IMG/VR virus record: IMGVR_UViG_3300048837_000975 | Coordinates: 1-64,000 of that record | Length of the DNA stretch: 64,000 nucleotides | Reading direction: 5' to 3' (one strand) | Source: a virus | Shown here: in pieces, positions 17,190 through 26,767 of the stretch | Layout: each line of letters starts with the position of its first letter | Numbering within the stretch: position 1 is the stretch's first letter | Translations under genes and position numbers: made by a program | The notes under the pieces: generated by a model | Told to the model about the DNA's origin: nothing | The model's input: only the letters and a program-made list of their open reading frames with translations | The model's database searches: none

Positions 17190-18082
17190 CCCTTAGGCAT
17201 CATCTTGCCTTGGAAATCATAGATGACAAGCGATTTCGGTGGGTCGTTCTCACATTTCTGACGCCACCCAAAGTTACCGGCGTGTAGGTCACCCACCCAC
17301 GGAACCTCATCGTGCTGCATGTAGGCGTACAGTCCACCACGAATCTCCCACAGCGGTCCAGGACGAATCTCAGCTAGCTTGTTTGAAAACTGATCAACCC
17401 AGTACTGCAAAGCCTTGTCTCGATCCTTGCCAGACTCCATGCACGCACGAAAAGCCTTGAAGCTCATCATCTCGACAGCATCCAGAACATCAAACCCGTG
17501 CTTCAGGTTGTTGATCCGCTCCACGGCCGCGTCATCGATCGAGAAGCCAAGTTCGATCATTGACTCCAGCGCATCGGAGAACGGGTTGTTGAAGTTCGAT
17601 CGCCACGAGACGCCTTCCATCCCTCCTATTCCAGTGATGTACTGGTTTGTCAGGTCCGACGCCCACAGTCCGCGTGAGCTCTGCTTATGGCTGAACAACG
17701 GCTTCGTGGATTCTCTCGTTATGACCCAGCACGGATCAGACCCGCGAGCTGTCACCTCTTCGATCGAGTGAACCTCAACGAAAGCTCTTTTTATATCAGA
17801 GTCAATCTTCTGCAGCCTGCGAACCGTTTCCCACGTTTGGACCTCGGTGTCGTCGCGCGTGATCTTTGCAACAAGAGTCGGATCCTCTAGAGCGATAGCG
17901 CAGCCCCACGAGCCGCACCCGTAGATTCCGATCGCCTTGTGAGCGTCACCGTCGCGATCAATCGCGCCAGAGATTCGAGCTCGCTCGAAGGCAAGCTTCA
18001 TAGACTTCGTCTCAAGCGCCTCAAGGGTTGCCTTAGTTATCGGAGCGTATTCTGATAGCTGGATGGGATCGCACCTATTCAT
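17186..18082 (-). CDS. atypical protein kinase-like protein (paralog)
   Basis: GCGSWG loop, VAKIT, DLHAGN, YDFQG. Confidence 0.75.
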   Translation of the reverse strand: MNRCDPIQLSEYAPITKATLEALETKSMKLAFERARISGAIDRDGDAHKAIGIYGCGSWGCAIALEDPTLVAKITRDDTEVQTWETVRRLQKIDSDIKRAFVEVHSIEEVTARGSDPCWVITRESTKPLFSHKQSSRGLWASDLTNQYITGIGGMEGVSWRSNFNNPFSDALESMIELGFSIDDAAVERINNLKHGFDVLDAVEMMSFKAFRACMESGKDRDKALQYWVDQFSNKLAEIRPGPLWEIRGGLYAYMQHDEVPWVGDLHAGNFGWRQKCENDPPKSLVIYDFQGKMMPKG

Positions 18083-19691
18083 CGTCGCTCTCTACAATCT
18101 TTGCTCTAGAAGCGCGGTACTCGTCCCAGTCAACATCAACCTGAGCCAGGGACGCCTTCACGGTCGTCTCTAGATCAAACGTCGGACTGGGCTTCACGTC
18201 AACGCTCGGAATGCGAGGAATCTCTCGAGCTCTGTTCCGGTCCAACGCACCAGCTCCGTCAAACTGAACGCCGGCCCTACCAACGCCCTTTGAAACACCG
18301 TACTGGTGAATCGCCCACTTCGCGCCCTCAGGAACAGCAGGATCGAGCGGCGGCCAGATCTGATCTCCAGGTCGCCTCCAATGAGGAACCCACAGATGAT
18401 ACCGGCATACCCACTTCGGACTTCCCAACAGCCCCCAGTCGCGCTTCGTGATGTAGATCAGCGCATCGCCCCATTGGCGAGCCATCGAAGCGGCCAGCGC
18501 TTCGCAGATTCCGCTCCAGGACGAGTTAGGATCCTGAGGGGTAGGCTTCGGATCTCGCTCGATGTCAAGCGCCGGCACGATGTCGCCTGGACCGATTCCG
18601 GCCGCCTCTGACACCTCAGAGAACACATTCAGCTGATCGATCCAATTCTGCGAAGGCCGGAAGAAGTGATACAGGCCAACGGAGAGCCCAGCGTCACGAG
18701 CCCGCTTAACATGCTCAGCCGTCTGGCGGTCCTTCATCGTTCCGTAGGTCGCGCGAACGATCACGAAATCAGCGATGCGACCCATCTCGCTCCAGTTTAC
18801 CGTTGCCGGATTCTGGTGATGAGACACGTCGTAACCGTACAGCGGAGACTCTCCGCCTCCAATCACAATACCAGGAATGGTCTTCTCGTCTCTTGAGTCA
18901 GTCATCTTGACCCCCGGAACTCGCTTGACGCGAAGTGGCCCTTCGTCACTGACAAGTTGCCACAGAACAGGATCGGAAGCAATATCAAGCACATTGCGCT
19001 CCGCGCCATCGACGATCATGGTCGCCTTGACCAGGCGAATCGTCTGAGAGTAGTCCGTATGGTGAAGGTCGTGAGCCGTTGCGGCAGGCTGCCACAGGCG
19101 ATGACCTAGACCTTTTCTGTAGGGCGCAGACGGAGAGAACCAGCCATAGTTGGCAGCCAGGTTCCCCGTCAGCTTGTTCGACAGGATCCAGTCCTTGCCG
19201 GCATTCGACACGACAATAGGCTGAACTCCAAGCTTCTTCAGACGCTCATCGATCGCGCGAGAATGCTGCACCATGGCAGCTGTGTCATTCATCAGCGGAG
19301 AGAAGCCCTTCCTTGTTCTGTCAGAAGGTACTGACGGCTGAATACAGGGCTCGATCGCTTGGCGGCGCGTCTTCGCAAGAGTGTAGATCAGATCGCAGAT
19401 CTTGCTGGTCGGAAGCACTGTGCCGCAGATGTCGGCGATCCGTTGCGCGGTCTCAGCTGACCCATTCACTCGAATGTAGTCGTCTGGCTCGCCAACCGAC
19501 AGAACGTCTCGGCTAACGAACACCGTTGCACGAACAAGACGCTCGTTCTCTCCGTCTTTGATCAGCGCGTTGACCGGAACCTCGACCCATTCAACGGGAA
19601 GGCAAAGGCCGACACGGACGGCGTTTATGACGGCATCTTCCCTAGCTCGGCCGGAGTTAGGGATCCCCTTTATCCATTCAGAGCCTCGCAT
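18075..19691 (-). CDS. endolysin: uncharacterised N-terminal domain + GH25 muramidase
   Basis: GYDVSHHQ, VRATYG, GLYHFF, ALDIE, QY GH25 motifs. Confidence 0.85.
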   Translation of the reverse strand: MRGSEWIKGIPNSGRAREDAVINAVRVGLCLPVEWVEVPVNALIKDGENERLVRATVFVSRDVLSVGEPDDYIRVNGSAETAQRIADICGTVLPTSKICDLIYTLAKTRRQAIEPCIQPSVPSDRTRKGFSPLMNDTAAMVQHSRAIDERLKKLGVQPIVVSNAGKDWILSNKLTGNLAANYGWFSPSAPYRKGLGHRLWQPAATAHDLHHTDYSQTIRLVKATMIVDGAERNVLDIASDPVLWQLVSDEGPLRVKRVPGVKMTDSRDEKTIPGIVIGGGESPLYGYDVSHHQNPATVNWSEMGRIADFVIVRATYGTMKDRQTAEHVKRARDAGLSVGLYHFFRPSQNWIDQLNVFSEVSEAAGIGPGDIVPALDIERDPKPTPQDPNSSWSGICEALAASMARQWGDALIYITKRDWGLLGSPKWVCRYHLWVPHWRRPGDQIWPPLDPAVPEGAKWAIHQYGVSKGVGRAGVQFDGAGALDRNRAREIPRIPSVDVKPSPTFDLETTVKASLAQVDVDWDEYRASRAKIVESDDE

Positions 19692-19712
19692 CAAACGATG
19701 CTATCACAGCTT

Positions 19713-20219
19713 TCAGGTGGAAACAATTCTGAAAGGCGGGCGAACTCCATTTGTGTGGTATGCAGCCGCTTCGAGTGCGGTCAGAACCTTCTTGTGATCG
19801 GAACGATGTCTAGGATCGTATAGCGCTCCAAGGGCTATTTCTGCCCCGCTTCCAATAGCGAAGGACGCTCTAGAGATTCTTCTTCCAGATCGCCGATCCT
19901 GGCAAGACCAGAATGCCTTCTCTGTGCCGCACCAGAGCTTCGCCCCCTTGGCTATCAGATACTCATACGAGGCGTTCTTTGGAGCGTGTTCGTTGATCGC
20001 GTCAACGATCTCTTCGATCGAGGAGTACTCTGTCTTGCCGAGTTCACGGCGCTGAGAGACAATGCAATCCATATCGCCGCAGAACCCAACAGCAAAATCT
20101 CCGAGCCTCCACGCCTTCTGAGGGGAGTCTGTTACGATTACGTTGTTGTTGTCGGAGAACGCAGAGTCTGCGCCAATCAAGACCCGTCGACCGTTTGAGA
20201 TTCCTACCACGCAGGTCAT
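19713..20219 (-). CDS. Ntn-hydrolase (HslV/proteasome-beta-like) protease
   Basis: MTCVVG N-terminal Thr, GADS, AIGSGAEIALGAL; start reassigned to 20219. Confidence 0.8.
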   Translation of the reverse strand: MTCVVGISNGRRVLIGADSAFSDNNNVIVTDSPQKAWRLGDFAVGFCGDMDCIVSQRRELGKTEYSSIEEIVDAINEHAPKNASYEYLIAKGAKLWCGTEKAFWSCQDRRSGRRISRASFAIGSGAEIALGALYDPRHRSDHKKVLTALEAAAYHTNGVRPPFRIVST

Positions 20220-21055
20220 TTTGACTTCCGTTTGCTTTCGAGTGAAGCTTTGAGCTCTAGCCAGTCGGCGCGCTCTTGATCGGTTGGAAAATTTAAGAAA
20301 CAACCGGGTCCTGAGTGTAAACGAGCGGCTACGTCATAGGCGCGAGCAGCGTCTTCTTCGGACGCAAAGCGTCCGCAACTAATCTTCTTTCCGTCTGCTC
20401 TCAGCCTAGCTTCCCACCGATTTCGCGACTTACAGAAGTGTACGCCTTTGTATCTTCCAGAGACCGGACCGGTGACCCTTTTGGTCTCAGATATTAGCGA
20501 TTTGTAAGCATCCGTATCCCACTTCTCTCTCATCATAGATGAAACAGCGTCACGATACTCAGGTCTCTTCCACGTCTCCTTTCTGCGATCAGAGATCGTT
20601 CGCCTGTGGTCGGCGCTCTGCCACAACTTTTTGAATTGGTCAGAAACTCTTTCTCTAACTTCACTTTTACCATTGATCGATCTTCGCATGGCTGACATTG
20701 CCTTGCGCTCATCGTCTGTGCACCTATATCCGCAAACTCCCCTTCCGCCTTCTAGCTTATTGAAGCCGAGTGGGCTCATCGTGGACTTCAAGAAAATCCA
20801 TGTATGCTCTGCGCGCTTTACCTCGTCACTGTGGACGTTCTCTTGCAAAACAAGCACGTCAAAAGATTCTCTGCCGTAACGGCGAATTGCTTCCTGCAGG
20901 CTTCCGGAGCTACCGTTGCCTCGCCTAGAATCCCTAATATGCTGTTCCCATCTGATTTTCAGAGTTTTGCATGTTACTCCAACATAACCCATTCCAGAGG
21001 TTCTCTCTAAAACCAGGTACACGATATACTTCGTATCATCAGACGCGCGCTTCAT
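20216..21055 (-). CDS. GIY-YIG homing endonuclease with C-terminal AP2 domain
   Basis: IVY..YVG.T..RW..H, GFN; YKGVHF..RWEARL...EDAARAYD. Confidence 0.85.
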   Translation of the reverse strand: MKRASDDTKYIVYLVLERTSGMGYVGVTCKTLKIRWEQHIRDSRRGNGSSGSLQEAIRRYGRESFDVLVLQENVHSDEVKRAEHTWIFLKSTMSPLGFNKLEGGRGVCGYRCTDDERKAMSAMRRSINGKSEVRERVSDQFKKLWQSADHRRTISDRRKETWKRPEYRDAVSSMMREKWDTDAYKSLISETKRVTGPVSGRYKGVHFCKSRNRWEARLRADGKKISCGRFASEEDAARAYDVAARLHSGPGCFLNFPTDQERADWLELKASLESKRKSK

Positions 21056-21056
21056 G

Positions 21057-22439
21057 TCACTTCTTCTTAGTAAGCTGCTCAATGCCCACGATATGGCGAT
21101 TTATGCGACCATGTTCCTTGTGCAGCACATCCATCTTCATGTCCTGCATAGACCTGTATCCGGCCCTCGTTGCGTACATATCGCGCGGCGCGAGGGTTCT
21201 GAATGATTCCACAACACAACCAGGAAACTCAGCGAGCGCATCTGAGTGGACGTGGCCAGTGTACCAATACCTGTACTTTGTTTGTCCCCAGTCCTCTGGC
21301 TTGTCAGATGCCATGATCCCAGGAAGCTGAGCCAACTTCGGTCCGTCACCGTGAGTAACACCGATCAAGCATTTGTCCCACCGATACCAGTGAAAAGGAG
21401 ACGGGGAGCAATCAATCGTTACGCGAGGTTCCTTATGGTAGAAGGCTGCGAGAGCTACACCAAGCATAATCGAGCTGTGGTCGTCATGGTTACCGATCTC
21501 GTTTATAACTGTGACGTGCTTGTGTTTCTCAAGAGCACGATCGATGCACCGCTGCATAGCGCGAATCCCAACTTGGAGCACGCGTCCCCATCGAGTGTCC
21601 ACATCGAGACTGTGCCCGCTCCGCATTGTTCGGTTCAAGACTGAATCGGAGTGGAAATAGTCACCCAGATTCAAGATCAGCGCTTCATCAGCCGGAGGAG
21701 CTAGCGCAACAAGGTGATCAACCGCATTTACAAGATTTCTTTCGGCAATGCTTACATCAAAATCCGATCCGGTTTCGGCGGCCCATGAGTACATACCAAC
21801 ATGCGGATCGCCCATGACATACAAACATAGCAGATCCTTCTCATTCTGCTTCGGCGCCTTAATCGGCTCCAAGCATCCCTTCCGCGGCTCGATAGCCTTC
21901 TCAAGAGCATCCAGAAGCATCTGGACCCGGTGCTCCTCGTCGACCTTGGATTTCACCCACTGTCCCTTGGGTCGTCCATCGGCGTCGTAGTACGTGCTCA
22001 CGCCCTTCACATGGAAGCCTTCGGGAACAGGCTTCACCATGTCATGCTCAGGAGACCACCCGGCGCGAGCAGCTCTGCGCTTCGCCTCGGACAGCCAGCG
22101 TCGCAGCTTTGTCGGCTCCGTCTTGAGCGCCTCGGCAGCGGCCGTGATGCTCCCGTGCTTGATCAGGCTGTCGATCGCGCGCTCTTGAGCAGGGGTACAC
22201 CACTTCTTCAGCTCCGGAAGACCATCCGCGCTCACAGCATCTGCTTTTGGGTGAGTCGCCGCTTTAGCGCTCACAGGAGCTACGTTAAGGTAGTTGATCG
22301 GAGATCGCAGTCCATGTCGCGCAAACGCGTTCTTCATGGCTTCACGCGATGGGAACCCAGCTTCCTTCACCACCTCGTTCACGGAGGAGAACTTACCGGA
22401 TTCAAGCAACTCAACAGCCTTAGCGATCTTCTTGTTCAT
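21057..22439 (-). CDS. HTH + calcineurin-like metallophosphoesterase
   Basis: GDPHVG, LGDYFH, GNHD, THGD, GHVH motifs. Confidence 0.85.
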   Translation of the reverse strand: MNKKIAKAVELLESGKFSSVNEVVKEAGFPSREAMKNAFARHGLRSPINYLNVAPVSAKAATHPKADAVSADGLPELKKWCTPAQERAIDSLIKHGSITAAAEALKTEPTKLRRWLSEAKRRAARAGWSPEHDMVKPVPEGFHVKGVSTYYDADGRPKGQWVKSKVDEEHRVQMLLDALEKAIEPRKGCLEPIKAPKQNEKDLLCLYVMGDPHVGMYSWAAETGSDFDVSIAERNLVNAVDHLVALAPPADEALILNLGDYFHSDSVLNRTMRSGHSLDVDTRWGRVLQVGIRAMQRCIDRALEKHKHVTVINEIGNHDDHSSIMLGVALAAFYHKEPRVTIDCSPSPFHWYRWDKCLIGVTHGDGPKLAQLPGIMASDKPEDWGQTKYRYWYTGHVHSDALAEFPGCVVESFRTLAPRDMYATRAGYRSMQDMKMDVLHKEHGRINRHIVGIEQLTKKK

Positions 22440-22485
22440 GCAGGTTCGCCTATTCTGACTTCGGGTTGTTGTCGGGTCAAGCAAT

Positions 22486-23016
22486 TTATCGCAAACCGGT
22501 CGGCCTATCTTCTCCGGCCTCGAACGTCTGCAGCTGGCACGGTCCGGAGTAGCCGATGCTTAGACCGCTCACCATGTTCGCGATCGAGTCGGCTGTCCGC
22601 TCAACGGTGTCGTAGTCGCGCTCATCCCAGGCGCGCACGATCTTTCGCCACTCGTGGTCGCTGTAGCTCTCTCGTCGACGCAATGTGATGCCGTTGGCTC
22701 CAAAGTAGTGGTAGCCAGGCATAGATAGGTCGGCCGCGTGCCCAAGCTCGTGGAACATGATTCCGATCACAAAGTGCTCAGGAAGCTCAGCAAGCTCCGG
22801 TGCGCAGATGATTCGCGCACCATCTCCTGAGCAGGCAGCGAAGTGCCTCGGCGAGTCGTGCATCGCAGATGACACAGAGAAACGAACCTTCGCGCACTTG
22901 TCATAGCCAAAAGCCACGAACACCTCTTGGGCCGCAACGAAGTACGGTTCCAGAATGCTCGTGGCTTCTGCTCTGCTAAGGTCGGTCGTGGTGTCGGGAC
23001 ATCGCGATCCGGTCAT
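22486..23016 (-). CDS. zincin metallopeptidase-like protein
   Basis: MFHELGHA and ERTADSIA. Confidence 0.65.
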   Translation of the reverse strand: MTGSRCPDTTTDLSRAEATSILEPYFVAAQEVFVAFGYDKCAKVRFSVSSAMHDSPRHFAACSGDGARIICAPELAELPEHFVIGIMFHELGHAADLSMPGYHYFGANGITLRRRESYSDHEWRKIVRAWDERDYDTVERTADSIANMVSGLSIGYSGPCQLQTFEAGEDRPTGLR

Positions 23017-23034
23017 AGCGGTATGATGTCAGAT

Positions 23035-23478
23035 TCAGCGCTGGCGCGCCAGTTGCTGCGACACCTGCTGGACCCACTGAACGTTGACTTTTTGCGATTG
23101 GATTCCTTCGTGCACCCTTCGCTCAGCCTCGTCCGGGTAGAACAGAATCATCAGTGGTCGACGACAACCGCCGCAGCCAACCGGAGGACAGCAGCCGCCC
23201 TGATGGGCGTCGTAGCGCCACGGCTGACGGCTTCGTGGATCGATCGGCAGCTTCTTGTTCGCACACTGCACAAGCTCGAGCCAGGTGACACCGATGTTTA
23301 CGTTTCGTCCGCAGTTTTCGCACTGCACAGAGTAAATGAATCCGGTCCCACCAGGATCCATTCGGTGCTTCACCTTGTGAAGCTCACCGAGACCCTCGGA
23401 GCCGTCGAAGAGCCCTCCTAGGCCATTGAGAATTTCGGGAACATCATCAAAGTAGTCCTGCTGAGACATTCGATTCAC
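23035..23478 (-). CDS. Zn-finger hypothetical protein
   Basis: CENC and CGGC pairs. Confidence 0.65.
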   Translation of the reverse strand: MNRMSQQDYFDDVPEILNGLGGLFDGSEGLGELHKVKHRMDPGGTGFIYSVQCENCGRNVNIGVTWLELVQCANKKLPIDPRSRQPWRYDAHQGGCCPPVGCGGCRRPLMILFYPDEAERRVHEGIQSQKVNVQWVQQVSQQLARQR

Positions 23479-23816
23479 TTCTCCAAGTTGTTAGGGGTGC
23501 CACCGTAAGGAAGGGCTGAGTCCTTCAGAGCACTATGCACACCCATCGCAGGAAGCGCAACGAAAATGATCGCGCTGATTCCGCGCAGGATCGCTACGGG
23601 CCACTCAACGCCAGCGGTGTACGCCTCGGTGAAGCCGGTTGCGAACGCAAGGGCGACCGGAACCGCCGACTTCGCGTTGTGCTGGTCCAGCCAGTCCCAG
23701 ATGACACGGCCAAACGGATTGGCCTTGAGAAGCGCCAGCAGCCCGAACATGAGCAGGGCCGCCACCGCATACCAGTTTTGCGTTTGAAACGCTTGGAAGA
23801 GTTCGATCTCGGGCAT
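23475..23816 (-). CDS. small 3-TM membrane protein, holin-like
   Basis: Three hydrophobic segments in 113 aa. Confidence 0.55.
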   Translation of the reverse strand: MPEIELFQAFQTQNWYAVAALLMFGLLALLKANPFGRVIWDWLDQHNAKSAVPVALAFATGFTEAYTAGVEWPVAILRGISAIIFVALPAMGVHSALKDSALPYGGTPNNLEK

Positions 23817-23858
23817 GACACTGTTCTATCATGCCCGAGGTTTGTTCGCAAGAGGAAT

Positions 23859-24149
23859 CTACCTAACCACAACCACCGACACCTTGTCGGCAGGAATCGC
23901 GATCAGGCGCCCCTTTGAACGGAAGGTCTGCCCGGCAGTCTCGTCCGGGTTATCGATCATGAAGATCTGCTCCCCGCTGGATCCGATTGCCTTCCTGATC
24001 GTAATGTTTGCCGGAACGTTCGTGATTCCAGCGGTATGAGAGTATGACGGGGCGCGCTCCCAGTATCGCTTTGCCGCTCTGGCATCGTAGTTGAGGATCT
24101 GCTGAGCATTCGTGTTGCCAGGAATCTCCGCCGAGACAGGTCTCCCCAA
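23859..24149 (-). CDS. hypothetical protein (start uncertain)
   Basis: ORF fills the gap between genes; AGGAG SD upstream is out of frame. Confidence 0.45.
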   Translation of the reverse strand: MGRPVSAEIPGNTNAQQILNYDARAAKRYWERAPSYSHTAGITNVPANITIRKAIGSSGEQIFMIDNPDETAGQTFRSKGRLIAIPADKVSVVVVR

Positions 24150-24273
24150 TGCTGCAAACGTTGTCCTCGCACACTCCTACGGCGCTGCTCGGCTGGTAAG
24201 AAATGAAAAGCGCATATTAGTACCACAACCGATCTTAATCATCAACTTGTCACAGCAGCCAGTATTGTGTTAC

Positions 24274-26721
24274 TCAAATTAGACCAGATCTTCTCTTCTC
24301 TCCGGTCTCAAGCGCAACACGCTCAGTTGACGTAAGTTGCCTGTTTGAAAGTATTATCTCTCTGGTGGCCTGGGCTATAAATAGAGCTCCCCAGTTTGGT
24401 CCGGTAATCGTGCCTACGTCTATTGGTCCAGTACCAAGCTGGACACCATTCACGAACATTGTTCCGGTTGTTCCCGAGAACACCTCACTCAGCGTCTGCG
24501 TTCCAAGGGCAACGGCTCCGTAGTTTAGCGACACAGTAACCGCAGCATCATCCTTTCTGGTCGTTGTCCAGAGACCTCCTGAAGTGTTACGTCCCATCGC
24601 GTAATGAAACGCAGTCGTAGAGTTGTTGTGCCACCCTACTGGAGCACCAAGGGCAACGTTTGCCAAATCAATCCTTGATAGCGTAAGGGTTGAAATTGGT
24701 CGATCCGCACCATTGAATATGGCTCCCAGACCAAGTCCCGTGTTGTTTAGTGACTTCTGTAGGTTATTGATATATACCGACGGCAGAGAGTTTATTCGCT
24801 GACTCGGGTAGAACGTTGATGAGGCGAACATCGGCTGAGTTGAACTTGATGCCTGAGATATCAACCACCTGGCCAATGTCCTGTCGAACCAGCTTCCAAC
24901 CCTGTCCTGAACACTTCTTGTTACGTTTCTTATTTCAAGCGCAACGCCTGGAGCGAGCGACTGGTAGTTGAGCGCATTATTAACGTTGGTGGCGAAGATG
25001 TTAACGTTCGATCCGTTAATTGTGAACTCAATACTACACCTGTACCAGCCTCCGCCAAGATCAACAATCGTACCAGTACATGATACCTGGCTACCAACTA
25101 CACCAAGCTGAAGATCGAACCATGCTCTTGCATTTGTTCCGTCGCCAGTCAGCGAGATCCATCTTCTGGTCCCCATCTTGGCTTCAACGGTAAGCTTTCC
25201 TAAGCCGGCCACCGTTGACGTAGTAATGAACGTCAACTGATGAGCTACAGATCCTGCGTCCGCGGCCTCATTCATTGAATACACGCCACCAGACTGGGTC
25301 ACTGTAACGTTTGTCTTGGTCCAACCTGGCACAATTAGATCAGGATCAACCGTTCCCTGGGACAGGTTTATTCCAAAGTCAGCAGACCACCATCCCTGAA
25401 TACCAGGAACGTTCAGAGGACTCTCCAGGTCTGGCGTAGGAAGCCCCGCACGAGACAGCATCCCAGTCTGTATTCCGCTCAATTCAGCTGGTGATAGTGC
25501 TCGGCTATAGATTGCTCGCTCGCGCCAGTAGAACGAATCAAACGTAGTGACAAGAGACGTAAAAGTCGCCAATCCAACATCCATGGAGAACGTTGTGGAT
25601 GTTTTGAAGCCATCGACCCAAAGCTCACACGTAGTACCAGCGAATACTATTGCATACTGATGCCAGTTTCGATCTGCAGTGAAGTCCTCTGCGGAGAATA
25701 TCGGGGTCACGGTGGACGAAGCGTCATCTGTTCTGGATATAGACAACCTGCTGGTTGACGTGGTCGACAACACGTTATGAGACGCTGTTGCTCCAGCAAA
25801 ACGGAAGATGTTTCCAGCTCCAACCAGAGTAGTTCTTCCTACCCAGCAAAAAGTGAACGGCTTGTCTGTGCCTGATAACAACGCCGCGACAGCTGGATCG
25901 TCAGTTAGATTCTTTGTGATTGCCCTGGTGCAACCAACGGTATTCTTGAAGCCTAGAGATCCGTCAGAAATAAGAGTTGCTTGATTACCTGCTGTAGCCT
26001 GAACCGACGCTCCCAGAACACTTCCGTCCTTTGGGAGCCAAGAGGAAACAAGTCGCTGTCTGTGCCACTGATTGGATGAGTAAGCGAGAATGCCAGATGT
26101 GCCATCACCAGTGTACGAACCCACAGAGGTTGCACTGTTTGTTAAGTACACCGTTATAGCGCTTACGGCGGTGTTCGATATTAGCATCCTTAGTCGATAC
26201 CACCCACCGCCTGCGTCGGTAACAACTGCGTAAGCAGCCGGATTGGTGCCACCGCCAATGGGGGTGAACGTACCGTCAGACAAATTTACTAACGTAGCGT
26301 TTGTTGATGACGTTCCAACTGCTACGTTGCGTGTGCCGCTACTCCTTTTGAAGTATATGTCAACCTCTCCGTCGCCAGATTGTCGATTAACGTATCCTGC
26401 TGCTAGTAGTGAATGTGATCCGTTTATGCCGTTTTCGGTTATCAACCAAGCTCCGTTTCCTCCCACTGGATCAGCCTGCCCGCTTACCGGGGCAAGAAGA
26501 TTTGTTCTTGACCATGTAGTAAGATCGCTAGACGGAAAACTGGTAACTGTGGTAACACCCTCATCAGCGGTATGCCACATTACCAAGTCTTTGTAAGACG
26601 TTGGAAGCAGTGGATCCGCTGAGAATGACGGCATATTCGCGCGAATGGCGACCTGGCGCACCTGTCCGACCATAGCACGGATTGAACGCTCCCTGACGGC
26701 TGATGCGCGCAGAATTCCCAT
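24274..26721 (-). CDS. virion fibre protein with duplicated carbohydrate-binding/LamG-like modules
   Basis: Two halves each with W.AD.G, D.GGGWYR and LamG-like C-termini; start reassigned to MGILRAS by promoter spacing. Confidence 0.7.
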   Translation of the reverse strand: MGILRASAVRERSIRAMVGQVRQVAIRANMPSFSADPLLPTSYKDLVMWHTADEGVTTVTSFPSSDLTTWSRTNLLAPVSGQADPVGGNGAWLITENGINGSHSLLAAGYVNRQSGDGEVDIYFKRSSGTRNVAVGTSSTNATLVNLSDGTFTPIGGGTNPAAYAVVTDAGGGWYRLRMLISNTAVSAITVYLTNSATSVGSYTGDGTSGILAYSSNQWHRQRLVSSWLPKDGSVLGASVQATAGNQATLISDGSLGFKNTVGCTRAITKNLTDDPAVAALLSGTDKPFTFCWVGRTTLVGAGNIFRFAGATASHNVLSTTSTSRLSISRTDDASSTVTPIFSAEDFTADRNWHQYAIVFAGTTCELWVDGFKTSTTFSMDVGLATFTSLVTTFDSFYWRERAIYSRALSPAELSGIQTGMLSRAGLPTPDLESPLNVPGIQGWWSADFGINLSQGTVDPDLIVPGWTKTNVTVTQSGGVYSMNEAADAGSVAHQLTFITTSTVAGLGKLTVEAKMGTRRWISLTGDGTNARAWFDLQLGVVGSQVSCTGTIVDLGGGWYRCSIEFTINGSNVNIFATNVNNALNYQSLAPGVALEIRNVTRSVQDRVGSWFDRTLARWLISQASSSTQPMFASSTFYPSQRINSLPSVYINNLQKSLNNTGLGLGAIFNGADRPISTLTLSRIDLANVALGAPVGWHNNSTTAFHYAMGRNTSGGLWTTTRKDDAAVTVSLNYGAVALGTQTLSEVFSGTTGTMFVNGVQLGTGPIDVGTITGPNWGALFIAQATREIILSNRQLTSTERVALETGEKRRSGLI

Positions 26722-26767
26722 AAGCTGCACCATAGCACAACGATGAGAGTCGCGCAACGCTTTTAGT

